A DNA stretch of 64,000 bases from Bdellovibrionales bacterium (GTDB lineage: Bacteria; Bdellovibrionota; Bdellovibrionia; Bdellovibrionales; UBA1609), in assembly GCA_965203095.1 (NCBI GenBank), contig OZ241877.1, positions 1,024,001 to 1,088,000 of the forward strand. Direction: 5' to 3'. The notes beneath the pieces are model-generated. The model did not search any database. It was given only the letters and a program-made list of their open reading frames with translations, and had not been told where the DNA came from. The first letter of the stretch is position 1. Every line of letters begins with the position of its first letter. The position numbers were made by a program, and so were the translations under genes. Positions 54,859 to 64,000 of this stretch are shown in pieces.

Positions 54859-57029
54859 GTATCAGGCAAAAGCTCCTTTAACTCTAAAAAACCCTCATTA
54901 TATAGAGTCTCAATATAGTCCAAAGCAGATGATTGAAGGTTCTCAATGTTTTTTAAAATATTGAGAACCAGCCTGCGAACTTGAGGATCGGGATCTCTAA
55001 TGTAATCTAAAAAAAGAATCTGAATTTCCGGGTGAAGCCATATTAAAGCCTCTAACTTTTTTAAAACTTCTTTTTTAAGTCTTGCAGAAGGTTCTTGCTG
55101 AAAAAGCAAAAATCGATGATGGATACCTAAATCCCTCATTTTTTTGTTTTTAGATAGCATTTCTAAAGTCGCTAAAAGCAAGTCTTCATCCTCTTTTGAT
55201 TCCAAAAGTTGGTAAAAAAAAGACAAACTGAAATCATAAAATTGGGATGTGTTTTGGAAAGCCAGAATAACTTTTCCTCTAAGGGCTTGAGGAATAGGGT
55301 TTTGAATAATATATTGAATGATCTTTTCCTGAGCTGTAGGACTTTTTATATCCATCTGGCTAAAACTCCAAAAAATATCTTCTATTAAAGCCTCATCCGC
55401 TTGGGGCAAGAGCTTGGCTATATCCTCTTGAATATCCTCATAAGGGCTTTTTAAAAATGCTAAAGCCTCTAAAGCTTCTTTTGATAGTAGCGGATCATTA
55501 CTTATCAAGAGGTCGGCCACTTTTCGGTGAGTTTCATAATCCTCAAGCTCGCTTTGCCCTATCAGGCGAACAGCATAATAAACCAAGCTATCGTCTGAAG
55601 AACTTAAAAATTCAGAGCTTTTTTTTGCTATTTCTGGGAGAGGTTCTAAATGGGCTAAAGTATTTAAGGCCTGATGGCAGATCACAGGTTTTTTTTGAAG
55701 TTTGTCTTCACAGTATTTGAGTATATCTTCTTGCCATTCTGAGCCTATCACTTTTAATTTTTCAAAAATCAAAAGTCCCCATAAATTTTGAACATATTTT
55801 ACCGGGAGATCTTGTTTGGAAATATAAAATTGCCCCGCCTCAATTTGATTTTCTTTTAATAAAAGGAGGACAGAGATATAAGCCTCCAGCCCTGGATTTT
55901 TAATCAGATCTATAAGGTTCTCCCTTCTCAAAATATGCAAATCAAAAGGATTTATCCATCTCAACATTTCCAGCACATTCAAATAAACCAAACGAATATA
56001 AGGCAAAAAATTCAAATGCTCATAATAAGAGAGAAATTGAGAGGAAAAGGTAGAGCTGGCCCTAATGGATCGAAATATCTTTCGCCCCTGCCCCTCTATC
56101 ATCTCTTTTTTGTTGCGATTGAGAAACCTCTCAATAGCAAAAAAAGCTCGCCCGGACTTTCCCGATTGAAACAGATCTTTGAAAGCCTTTGCTCTTTTAT
56201 CAAAATCCTGTTCATCATTATAAAGGAGGCACTTATTATTAAAAAACTCTTGTTCTTCAATCTTCTCATTAGATAAAGATATACGGGACTGATTGAGGCT
56301 GAAAATAGAGGGGGGCAGTTCATGAAACAGCTCTTTATTTTCTAGCCTTTTGTATTTCTCTGTTTTTAAATAATTAGCATAGCCTCCAAATTTTCTATTG
56401 ATAGCTTGAAAATATTTTTCCAAAGGGTTTTTTATATCAGGCCCTAAGGGGCTTAACTCATCAAAGCCGTAAATAGTTTCTGACCCGGAAAAAACAAAAT
56501 TCATTCTATCATGAAAGGGGGTTCCCAAGGGGGAGTAGCGGTAAGCCACTACCCTTTCTGCCTCCTCTCTGGCCATTCCATCATCTAATAGAACTTGCAA
56601 ATACTCTGTATAGGTCCGGCGGTCTTTGGCTTTACTGGCCAAAGTGTTGCATCCAAACAAAAAAATCTCTTTGACAGAGGATAAAATGCCTTTGCAGGAG
56701 TTTTGGCAGGCCTTTTCCTCTAAAAGTTCTGTAGGTAAGCTGTAGCCGGACTTTCCAAAAAAGATGCCACCAAAATGGCCAGATACGACTAAAATATCAC
56801 AAGAAATGTCTCTTTTACAAGCCGAGTCAAACCAATGAGAGCTATGGTCCTGAGCCTTGTTGATATGAGAGGGCAAAAGCTCTATAAAATCAAAATCGCT
56901 ATCGGGCAGAAACTTCTTAAAAGCCTCTATTTCATCTGATGAGTTGATAGTGATGGAGCAAACCTGATATTTAGCCAAAGCTGAAGGTGAGAGAAAAAGC
57001 AAGCACAGCCCAAACAACTTGTAAAACAT
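54855..57029 (-). CDS. Large exported hypothetical protein with C-terminal HEAT-like helical repeats
   Basis: Signal peptide, conserved-looking N-domain (VCSITINSSDE, LVVSGHFGG, LFGCNTL), HEAT-like DPDPQVRRLVLNIL. Confidence 0.7.
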   Translation of the reverse strand: MFYKLFGLCLLFLSPSALAKYQVCSITINSSDEIEAFKKFLPDSDFDFIELLPSHINKAQDHSSHWFDSACKRDISCDILVVSGHFGGIFFGKSGYSLPTELLEEKACQNSCKGILSSVKEIFLFGCNTLASKAKDRRTYTEYLQVLLDDGMAREEAERVVAYRYSPLGTPFHDRMNFVFSGSETIYGFDELSPLGPDIKNPLEKYFQAINRKFGGYANYLKTEKYKRLENKELFHELPPSIFSLNQSRISLSNEKIEEQEFFNNKCLLYNDEQDFDKRAKAFKDLFQSGKSGRAFFAIERFLNRNKKEMIEGQGRKIFRSIRASSTFSSQFLSYYEHLNFLPYIRLVYLNVLEMLRWINPFDLHILRRENLIDLIKNPGLEAYISVLLLLKENQIEAGQFYISKQDLPVKYVQNLWGLLIFEKLKVIGSEWQEDILKYCEDKLQKKPVICHQALNTLAHLEPLPEIAKKSSEFLSSSDDSLVYYAVRLIGQSELEDYETHRKVADLLISNDPLLSKEALEALAFLKSPYEDIQEDIAKLLPQADEALIEDIFWSFSQMDIKSPTAQEKIIQYIIQNPIPQALRGKVILAFQNTSQFYDFSLSFFYQLLESKEDEDLLLATLEMLSKNKKMRDLGIHHRFLLFQQEPSARLKKEVLKKLEALIWLHPEIQILFLDYIRDPDPQVRRLVLNILKNIENLQSSALDYIETLYNEGFLELKELLPDT

Positions 57030-57394
57030 TACTGACTAATTTAACGGAAAAAAGAGATTTATTAAAGCAAAAAACCAGCGAGGTTTAGGCATTATGTCCA
57101 GTTTATTTTGTTCTATTTTTTTAGGAGGGCTATATTATTCCCTCAAGAAAAACCTTGCCTAATAAGAAAGCTAAGACTATAGTCTTATTTATACAAAGCA
57201 TAAAAAAGCAAAGTCGGCTTTGTTTTTTGACAAATAGGAAAAATACTGCAAATATATGGTTTAACAGCCCGTGAAAAGTTTGTATTTAACAGATGGCATA
57301 AAAATCCAGCTTGTCCGGGGAAAAACACCTCAGCCCTTCACTGTTGGGATTTTTATGTTATAATTTCATAAGGGAATAATTTAAAATTACATTT

Positions 57395-59452
57395 ATGATG
57401 GATACAGCAAAAGATAAAAAAACTATTGATAATCCCTCTCAAGATAGCTCTCCTGAGCCTTTAGGCCAAGGGAAAACCATTTATGACATCATCAACTCAG
57501 AAGAGCTGGAGCTTTTATATAAAAAAAACACACATCTTTTAAATCGCCTCTCAAAAACAGGGAAGGAAAACACCCGGCTTTGTGCTCAGCTCTCTACCCT
57601 CAGTCGCAAAACTTCTCATTTAGGAGATAAAAACACAGTTTTAACTAATAAATTTTTAGGTTTGAAGGAGCAGATCTCTTTATTTGCCCGGCAACATCGC
57701 GAATTTAACTATCAATCAAAAAAACTAAAAGAAGAGCTAAAAAAAGCCAAAGAGTTAAAAATTCAGGAAACAGAGAGTAAGCAAAAAGCCACTCTTACCC
57801 AGAAAGACAAACAAATCCATCTGTTGGAAAAAAAGGAGCAAGTTTATAAAACACAAATTAAAAACCTGCAAAATTTATCTCAAAAAATAAAAATGGAAAG
57901 GCTGGAGGAGCAAAAAGCGAGGCTATCGGAGAGCGAAAAAAATAAACAGGCTTTAAGGGCAGAAGTTCAAAAACTAAACCAAAGCTTAACAGAGGAGAGG
58001 AAAAAAACTTCCAAAATCTCTAATTTAAAGACAATAAATCAAAGCAGAGCTATTAAAGGTTTAGAAAAAGAGCTGGAGCACCGGAGCCAAATCTGCCAAA
58101 CCGCTTTACGGGAAAGCGACCGGTTAAAACAGGAAACGGAAAAACTAAAAAAAGTTTTAGTAAAACAAGCTCAAAACCAGACTATTTTAGAAAAAAAGTG
58201 GAGTTCAGCCAAAAAAAAGCTCCAAAGTTTAAATGGGAAAAAGCACTGGATGGCTCAAAAGGCGGAGAAACTAAAAAAAAGAGAGCAATGGCTTGCCCAA
58301 TCTATCAAAAAAATTAAAGAGACAGAAAATAAAATTCAGCATTTTGAAAAAAACCAGCAAGAACTTTTAAATTGTAAAGCTCAGATCCTTGAGCTGAAAA
58401 AGCAAAAAGAAAAATTAAAATCTGGTTTTTCTACTCAGTTAGATCTTTTTATTAAAGAAAAAGCCACTTTAAAACTAAAGTGCGAAAATTTAAAAAAAGC
58501 TCTTGTTGTTGGCAAATCGGGTTTTGACCAAGCCATGTTATCCTTCCAAAAAAAGTATGCCAACCTATATAAAAATCAAAAGGACTGGCAAAAACAGATA
58601 GAGGAAAAGGCTTGTTATGCACAATCTTTAGAACAAAAAATACTTTATATCCAAAAGCAAAAAGAAGAATCAGAAAATCAATTAAAAAAAGAAAAAAGGC
58701 AATATATCAACTCTCTCCAAGGCAAATTAAAAGCCAGTCAAGATCGGGAGGCAGAATTAGAAGGCCAAATTCAACTTTTTAAGTCTCAATCGGAAAGCCT
58801 TGTTTTTAAAGAGAAAAAACTCCTTCAAGAAAAACTTAAAAATATCCAATGGGATAGGGATAAAAGTTTAATGCGAATGGAGGAGCAGAACAAAAAAGGA
58901 TTAGAAGATTTAAAATCAGATTATGAAAAGCGGATAGATCGGATAGAGGCCAGTTGGAAAAAACGATTGGAGCATATTCAGATAGAGATGGAAAATGACC
59001 TCTGTAGTGAAAAAAAGCGACATGAAGTTTTTAAAAGTATAAAGATGAGGGAATTTCAAGAGATAGAAAAAAGAGAGGCAGGCTTGCAGGAGGAAAATCA
59101 TAAATTAAAAACAACAAAATTTGTTTTGGAAAAATCTTTAGAAGAGATCAAAAGGAAACAGGAGCATTATTTAAAAAACAGTAAAAAATGGAAAGATCAA
59201 ATGGAAAGCCTGAAAAGCCTTTGGCAAGAGGGGCAAAAACAAAATGAAGCTAAAGATCAACAGATTCGTGCTTTGCAAAATCTCAACAAAGCTTTAAGTT
59301 GTTCTTTAAATCAAAACAAAAAAACAAAACATCTCACTAAGGATCAAGCTCAGTCGGAAGGGGCAAACTCAAATACAGTCTCAAAAAAGCCAGAGGCCAA
59401 TGAGGAATCACCAGCCTTCAATCATGTTCTGGCAAACATTTATTTTGAGTAG
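57395..59452 (+). CDS. Long coiled-coil hypothetical protein
   Basis: 685-aa K/E/Q/L-rich heptad sequence with no ATPase motifs. Confidence 0.75.
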   Translation: MMDTAKDKKTIDNPSQDSSPEPLGQGKTIYDIINSEELELLYKKNTHLLNRLSKTGKENTRLCAQLSTLSRKTSHLGDKNTVLTNKFLGLKEQISLFARQHREFNYQSKKLKEELKKAKELKIQETESKQKATLTQKDKQIHLLEKKEQVYKTQIKNLQNLSQKIKMERLEEQKARLSESEKNKQALRAEVQKLNQSLTEERKKTSKISNLKTINQSRAIKGLEKELEHRSQICQTALRESDRLKQETEKLKKVLVKQAQNQTILEKKWSSAKKKLQSLNGKKHWMAQKAEKLKKREQWLAQSIKKIKETENKIQHFEKNQQELLNCKAQILELKKQKEKLKSGFSTQLDLFIKEKATLKLKCENLKKALVVGKSGFDQAMLSFQKKYANLYKNQKDWQKQIEEKACYAQSLEQKILYIQKQKEESENQLKKEKRQYINSLQGKLKASQDREAELEGQIQLFKSQSESLVFKEKKLLQEKLKNIQWDRDKSLMRMEEQNKKGLEDLKSDYEKRIDRIEASWKKRLEHIQIEMENDLCSEKKRHEVFKSIKMREFQEIEKREAGLQEENHKLKTTKFVLEKSLEEIKRKQEHYLKNSKKWKDQMESLKSLWQEGQKQNEAKDQQIRALQNLNKALSCSLNQNKKTKHLTKDQAQSEGANSNTVSKKPEANEESPAFNHVLANIYFE

Positions 59453-59774
59453 CTGAAAAAGACGAAACAGCCTCCTCCTCACTACGGAAAAGGGCCGAGT
59501 GCAAACCTTCATTTTGAAAATATTTTTCAAACTCTGAGCTGGCACAACAGATTTTTAAATCACTATCTTTATTTATAAAATCCAAAGTTTCTGAAAAAAC
59601 TCCTACTCCTTTAGAACCAACAAAAGATAGCGATTTGAGGTTAAAAACAATCTTTTTTTTCTGAAAAGATTTGCTGAAGCAAAAAGATTTTAAACTATCA
59701 ACCCCTTTGAGGTCTAAATTCCCCTCTACATCAATGAAGTAAATGTCTTTGTCTTTTCGGAGTCGAGTTTTCAT
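59418..59774 (-). CDS. STAS-domain anti-sigma factor antagonist
   Basis: VEGNLD, IVFNLKSLSFVGSKGVG, SEEEAV. Confidence 0.85.
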   Translation of the reverse strand: MKTRLRKDKDIYFIDVEGNLDLKGVDSLKSFCFSKSFQKKKIVFNLKSLSFVGSKGVGVFSETLDFINKDSDLKICCASSEFEKYFQNEGLHSALFRSEEEAVSSFSATQNKCLPEHD

Positions 59775-59878
59775 TACGAGGCTATTATAAACGATAAAAA
59801 TAGTTAACAGGGAAAAAACCCGGCCAAAGCCTTATCACTTATAAAAAAACCTCTTTATTATATTATAGAGAAACAAAT

Positions 59879-59897
59879 GAAAATGATTATTATTTTT
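59879..59897 (+). promoter_or_regulatory. Putative Fur box upstream of fur
   Basis: GAAAATGATTATTATTTTT matches 14/19 of the E. coli consensus GATAATGATAATCATTATC and is adjacent to TTGACT at 59899. Confidence 0.55.
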
Positions 59898-59935
59898 ATT
59901 GACTTTCTTCTAAATTTTTTTAAAAATTTGGAAAA

Positions 59936-60445
59936 ATGAGAAAACATCACCTATCAACACCGGACCTTCCTTTTGGACAAGATCAAGACATTTTAATTGA
60001 ACCCAGAAAGCCCCTGGGTGAGGAGGAATTTAAAAACATTTTACAAAAATGTGGCTTAAAAATAACAACTCAAAGAATGGCGATTTTAAGAGTTTTAAAC
60101 TCAGGCCCCCGCTATCACAAAACCGCTCAAGACATTTTAGATGAAGTCAAAAAAACAGGGCTTTCTTCCATTGGCTTTGCCACAGTCTATCGTTTTTTAA
60201 AAAAGCTGGCCAAATCTCAAATGATTTCAGAAATATCTATGGGAACCGGCTCTTCTTGTTATGAGCTCAAATCCAATCAGTTTCACTATCACATAGCTTG
60301 TGTCCGGTGTGGCAAAATTGTTGAGTTTAAAAACAGATCGATTGAGAGGACTTTAAAAAAAATTGTCTCTGAGAAAAATTATAAAATGCAAAATCAAATT
60401 TTAGAAGTTTATGTGACATGCGATTCAAAAAAATGCCAGAAGTAA
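59936..60445 (+). CDS. fur: Fur-family transcriptional regulator
   Basis: GLKITTQRMAIL, IGFATVYRFL, HYHIACVRCG, CxxxxC. Confidence 0.9.
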   Translation: MRKHHLSTPDLPFGQDQDILIEPRKPLGEEEFKNILQKCGLKITTQRMAILRVLNSGPRYHKTAQDILDEVKKTGLSSIGFATVYRFLKKLAKSQMISEISMGTGSSCYELKSNQFHYHIACVRCGKIVEFKNRSIERTLKKIVSEKNYKMQNQILEVYVTCDSKKCQK

Positions 60446-60545
60446 GTTGTCCTGCACTGATCACAGTTGAAGTTTCCGGTCAAACAGAGCCAAGAAAGTA
60501 AGAATTTTTCAAAAAAATCGATATAAAATAAAAGGCTTGTTCTTC

Positions 60546-62063
60546 TCAAAAAGTTCCAGTAGTCCCTGCCTCTGTGCTCTCAACAGGAACTTCACACACA
60601 ATTTCCACTTTAAGACGAGCATCTAAGCGAAGCTCTCTTGGTTCCATAATTAAAGTTCGCCCTTCAATTTTTTGTTGGAAACGGATCTTTCGATTATTGG
60701 CAAATAATTTTACACTTCGAGGGTCTTCACAAGAAAGCGGGACACGAATTTTCTGTGTGGACAAATCCACCCTTTGCATTTGAGAACCATAATTTCTATC
60801 ACATATAGAAATAACAGATCCTTTAATCAAGTTGCCGTATTTTGTAATCTCTTGATCCCGCCGGCGGGCTTGCGATAAGCGGGCGTATTCCTCCCCATAA
60901 TAACCTCTTCCTGTTCCAAAACCTCCATGGCTGTCTCGGTTTTGCTCGTTCAAGCAAGAGCTGTCCCCCGGAGGAATAATGATGGAGTGAACACTAAAAC
61001 TTTTTAAAGGTCCGAAATGATTATAAAAATTTTGGGCAAGGACTTCTGGATAATCTTCGTTTTCATAAGCATAAATTTCATTACCAGGTTGTTGGATATA
61101 TTCTTTAGAACTTCTATTATCTTCATCACTCAAAATAATGATCATTAAATGATCTAAAGGATCGAAAAAACTTTGATGTTGAGGATTGTTAATCGCCCTA
61201 TTTAAAGCGTAAATCCCTCTTTCATCATGGCTGGGGCAAGCTTGAGGAGTTGGGGAAGTGCTACTCCCTTCATAAAGTTGGTCAAACCGGTTTCCGCTGG
61301 CCCTTCTTTGAGGGAAATTACTTGTATCGCACTGTTGAGTTTCTGGACGAACAATAGCACTTTTAAAATCTTCCACTATTTTTTGAGAGGGCTTTCCGCC
61401 TAAATTTTCATTTTCCAAAAAAAGTTTTCCTCCAATAGGGATGAATCGACCATCTTGATAAGAAGCATTTCTGACTGGATTTTCAGGAGAAGAGCTAATA
61501 TCTGTCGTAATGACAGCAATACGGTATTTTATGTTTTTGATCCGATTCAAAAAATTTCTGAATTGCTTAGCTAAACTCCGATGCTCTTTAGCCATAGAAC
61601 TGGAGTTATCAATTACAAAAAGTATCTCCACATTGCCTAAGGCCAAATTATAGGATATTTTAATTCTCTCAGTTGCGGGTTGGGAAGGGCGATCTTCTTC
61701 ATAATACTCTCCCTCTCCTCTTTCCGAATCATAATACCCGTCTTCTCCTGCCCCTTCTGGATAATCGCCATCTTGGCCAGAATACCCATCCCTATCGCCT
61801 CTGTCAGATTCGCCATCTGCTCTTCCATCCGCTCGATCTCTTCCTCTGGTCCGGTCACTGCCCCCTTCACCGGTGGGATCAATGTAATCACTAACATCAA
61901 GCCGTTCCTCATTGCATTCCGAACCCTCTGGCATAAAAGCACAGCCCGTATAATCGCTAACTCCCACAAAGCCAGTGGGAGAACACCCCGGCATACCTAT
62001 AGCGTAAATTAAGCCGGCCAGGGCCAAAACCAAAAAAATTTGAACAGAACGACGAAAAAACAT
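60546..62063 (-). CDS. Lipoprotein with acidic low-complexity linker and vWA/MIDAS-like domain
   Basis: Signal ending MPGC, G/D/E/R-rich linker, VEILFVIDNSSSM, IAVITTD, IILSDED, ICDRNYG. Confidence 0.72.
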   Translation of the reverse strand: MFFRRSVQIFLVLALAGLIYAIGMPGCSPTGFVGVSDYTGCAFMPEGSECNEERLDVSDYIDPTGEGGSDRTRGRDRADGRADGESDRGDRDGYSGQDGDYPEGAGEDGYYDSERGEGEYYEEDRPSQPATERIKISYNLALGNVEILFVIDNSSSMAKEHRSLAKQFRNFLNRIKNIKYRIAVITTDISSSPENPVRNASYQDGRFIPIGGKLFLENENLGGKPSQKIVEDFKSAIVRPETQQCDTSNFPQRRASGNRFDQLYEGSSTSPTPQACPSHDERGIYALNRAINNPQHQSFFDPLDHLMIIILSDEDNRSSKEYIQQPGNEIYAYENEDYPEVLAQNFYNHFGPLKSFSVHSIIIPPGDSSCLNEQNRDSHGGFGTGRGYYGEEYARLSQARRRDQEITKYGNLIKGSVISICDRNYGSQMQRVDLSTQKIRVPLSCEDPRSVKLFANNRKIRFQQKIEGRTLIMEPRELRLDARLKVEIVCEVPVESTEAGTTGTF

Positions 62064-62210
62064 AATCTACTATATAAAACGGGATTTTAGATAGGAATCT
62101 TTAAAAAAATTGCAGGAATGCGGGATTTTAAGCTTTAAAAGGGCAGATAAAGCAAAGCCTTCCTCTTCCTTTGAGCGGTTTTAGCTCAAAAAACAAGACC
62201 AATACCGCTT

Positions 62211-62861
62211 TCAAGAACCGCTGTTTTTGAGACTATTGATGCGAGAGGAGTAATTTTTGCCTTGGAAAATGTAATTTCCAGAGACCAATACATCCACATT
62301 CTGAAGATAGGGGCTGATTTCAGGACGAATACCTCCATCCGCCACAAGTAGAGGGGGAGAGGGAAGGGAATGGATTTTTTCTCTGAGAATATCCGCTTTT
62401 TTTGCCTGTTCCTTTAAAAAAGTTTGCCCACTGGCTCCCGGTTCTACTGTCATAATTAAAATCAAATCCAAATCTTTCAAAAAGGGAAAAAGACTTTGAG
62501 CTGGCGTCTCTGGCCGAATAGCCAACCCGGCTTTAATATTTTGCTTTTGAATAGCACGAAGGATTTTTTGAGGTTTTTGACTAACCTCTAAATGAAAACT
62601 GATATGATCCGCTCCCGCCTGGGCTAAAGGCTCTATTAAATTCTCCGGATGAGATACCATAAGGTGAGCGTCAAAGGGCAACCGGCTATATGGCCTTAAG
62701 TCCTGAAGAGCTTTAGGGCCAAAGCTCAGGTTAGGAACAAAATGAGCATCCATAATGTCCCAATGGATCCAGTCCGCTCCGGCCTTTTCTAAAGCCTTAG
62801 CCTCCTCTCTCCACTGAGAGAAGTCACTGGACAGCAAACTGGGAGCTACTAAAAAAGCCAT
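62211..62861 (-). CDS. rpe: Ribulose-phosphate 3-epimerase
   Basis: APSLLSSDF, HWDIMDAHFVPNLSFG, DAHLMV, MTVEPG, ADGGI. Confidence 0.95.
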   Translation of the reverse strand: MAFLVAPSLLSSDFSQWREEAKALEKAGADWIHWDIMDAHFVPNLSFGPKALQDLRPYSRLPFDAHLMVSHPENLIEPLAQAGADHISFHLEVSQKPQKILRAIQKQNIKAGLAIRPETPAQSLFPFLKDLDLILIMTVEPGASGQTFLKEQAKKADILREKIHSLPSPPLLVADGGIRPEISPYLQNVDVLVSGNYIFQGKNYSSRINSLKNSGS

Positions 62862-62864
62862 GAT

Positions 62865-63845
62865 TTACCTTATCCTCCGGCGGACTGCTTTTTTATTTTC
62901 TTTTCCCAAAAGATCTCTTAATTTAATGGGGCAACCTTTTAAAAACTCTTTAATGTTTTGTTTGTTTTTCCCCTCCCTTTGCAGTTCTATAAGGCTTAAA
63001 GCCCCCTTCCCACAAGCTATAAAAAGGGCATCTTTTTTAACAAGGCAGACCTCTCCGGGCGAAAAACCCGGAAAATTTGTGAAGAGAGCCTGGCTTTTAT
63101 AAATTTTGAGTCGCCAGCCTCTCCAAAAAGAAAAGGCCTGAGGCCCTAAAAACAAAGCTCTGATTTTATTATGAAGACTAAGGGATTCCTCTTCCCACAG
63201 GATTTCCCCTTCCTCTTTCTTGATTTTTTTAGCCACTGTTCTTTTTGAGTGATCTTGCGGAAAGGCCTTAAGCTCTCCTTTAAGGTATTTTATCAGTTCG
63301 GATTGCAATAAAAAACGGGCCTCTTTTAGGGCCTTTTCAAAAACATTTCCGGCATGATCACTCTCCTCAATCACAAAACTTCTTTGGCCAATAAGATCCC
63401 CTGTGTCTAAACCTTCTGTCATTATTTGTAAAGATACTCCCGTTTTTTGATCTCCTGCCATTAAGGCTCTTTCCACTGGAGCCGCCCCACGCCATCGAGG
63501 CAGAAGGCTAAAATGCAAATTGATCCCCCCCTTAGGAAAAATCTGAAGATAAGCTAAAGGGAGTATTTGCCCATAAGAACAAACAAAGGAAAAGTCACAT
63601 TTCTTTTGCCTAATTTCATTTAGAAAATGGGGCTTATCTGTTTTTTCCACAGTCCATACTGGAAAAGCCTGTTTTTGAGCGAAAGCCTTAATTAAAGAGC
63701 TTTGTTTTTTTAGCCCGCGACCTCTTAAACTATCGGGCCGAGTGAGCAGACCTTTAAGGCTAAAAGCCGGGCATTTCATCAAAAGCTGAAGGCAGTTTAA
63801 GGCTGGCTCTGAGGTCCCCACAAAAATAAAGGAAAAGTTTTTCAC
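62865..63845 (-). CDS. fmt: Methionyl-tRNA formyltransferase
   Basis: [43 protein letters not shown] start overlaps the def stop. Confidence 0.95.
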   Translation of the reverse strand: MKNFSFIFVGTSEPALNCLQLLMKCPAFSLKGLLTRPDSLRGRGLKKQSSLIKAFAQKQAFPVWTVEKTDKPHFLNEIRQKKCDFSFVCSYGQILPLAYLQIFPKGGINLHFSLLPRWRGAAPVERALMAGDQKTGVSLQIMTEGLDTGDLIGQRSFVIEESDHAGNVFEKALKEARFLLQSELIKYLKGELKAFPQDHSKRTVAKKIKKEEGEILWEEESLSLHNKIRALFLGPQAFSFWRGWRLKIYKSQALFTNFPGFSPGEVCLVKKDALFIACGKGALSLIELQREGKNKQNIKEFLKGCPIKLRDLLGKENKKAVRRRIR

Positions 63846-64000
63846 AAAGGCGGGCCTGCTGGCTGTTCTTCCGGGTAGCCATTTTTTTTAATTTCTTCTT
63901 TCAACTTTTGAGCTTTTATAAAGCTCAAGTGATCGATAAAAAGCCGGCCATTTAAATGATCTATCTCATGTTGCAAGCATATAGATAAAAGCCCATCAGT
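63842..64000 (-). CDS. def: Peptide deformylase (3' end; runs off the window end)
   Basis: Manual translation [25 protein letters not shown] (QHExDHL motif), immediately upstream of fmt. Confidence 0.93.
   Translation of the reverse strand, partial: TDGLLSICLQHEIDHLNGRLFIDHLSFIKAQKLKEEIKKNGYPEEQPAGPPL

Noticed and set aside
57395..59452. SMC or other chromosome-segregation ATPase
   Set aside because: Pure coiled coil with no Walker motifs or hinge.
1..64000. tRNA, rRNA, intact transposase, integrase or prophage genes
   Set aside because: None recognised by eye. A tRNAscan-SE or Infernal run would be needed to exclude small RNAs.

Overview
AT-rich bacterial chromosomal segment, most likely from a Bdellovibrionales (Bdellovibrionota) organism. 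That assignment rests on a Bd0055-type histone, Bdellovibrio-like vWA lipoproteins, sigma28-type promoters on secreted proteins and a Bdellovibrio-like Fis, all compared from memory. The backbone is housekeeping: dnaB, ftsK, dapB, secA, dnaK, rel, etfAB, sdhCAB, uppP, mdh, rpsO-pnp, uvrD, ctaB, purN, HU, mlaEFD, groESL, HMG-CoA lyase, fur, rpe, fmt and def. Five accessory signals stand out. (1) A tandemly duplicated cassette of a coiled-coil/PD-(D/E)XK protein plus a type IV pilin, near-identical up to pilin codon ~61 and then abruptly switching to divergent 8-Cys pilin heads. (2) A 16 x 20-bp non-coding tandem array bounded by a 9-bp direct repeat, sitting exactly between a stop codon and the RBS of an AAA+/wHTH ATPase. 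(3) An unusual set of chromatin proteins: a bacterial histone lacking the R-D clamp, a 60% K/R pentapeptide-repeat protein, a single-chain double Fis, and HU. (4) A GNAT / Asn-synthetase-like / unknown operon carrying an in-frame G14 tract. (5) Two decaying defence-type islands: a Dam-family MTase with a GIY-YIG REase, an AlbA_2 protein and a truncated DUF4011 start; and a frameshifted MTase with a GNAT remnant. Many genes appear leaderless. No rRNA, tRNA, CRISPR array or intact transposase was seen. All family calls come from motif recognition, without database searches.
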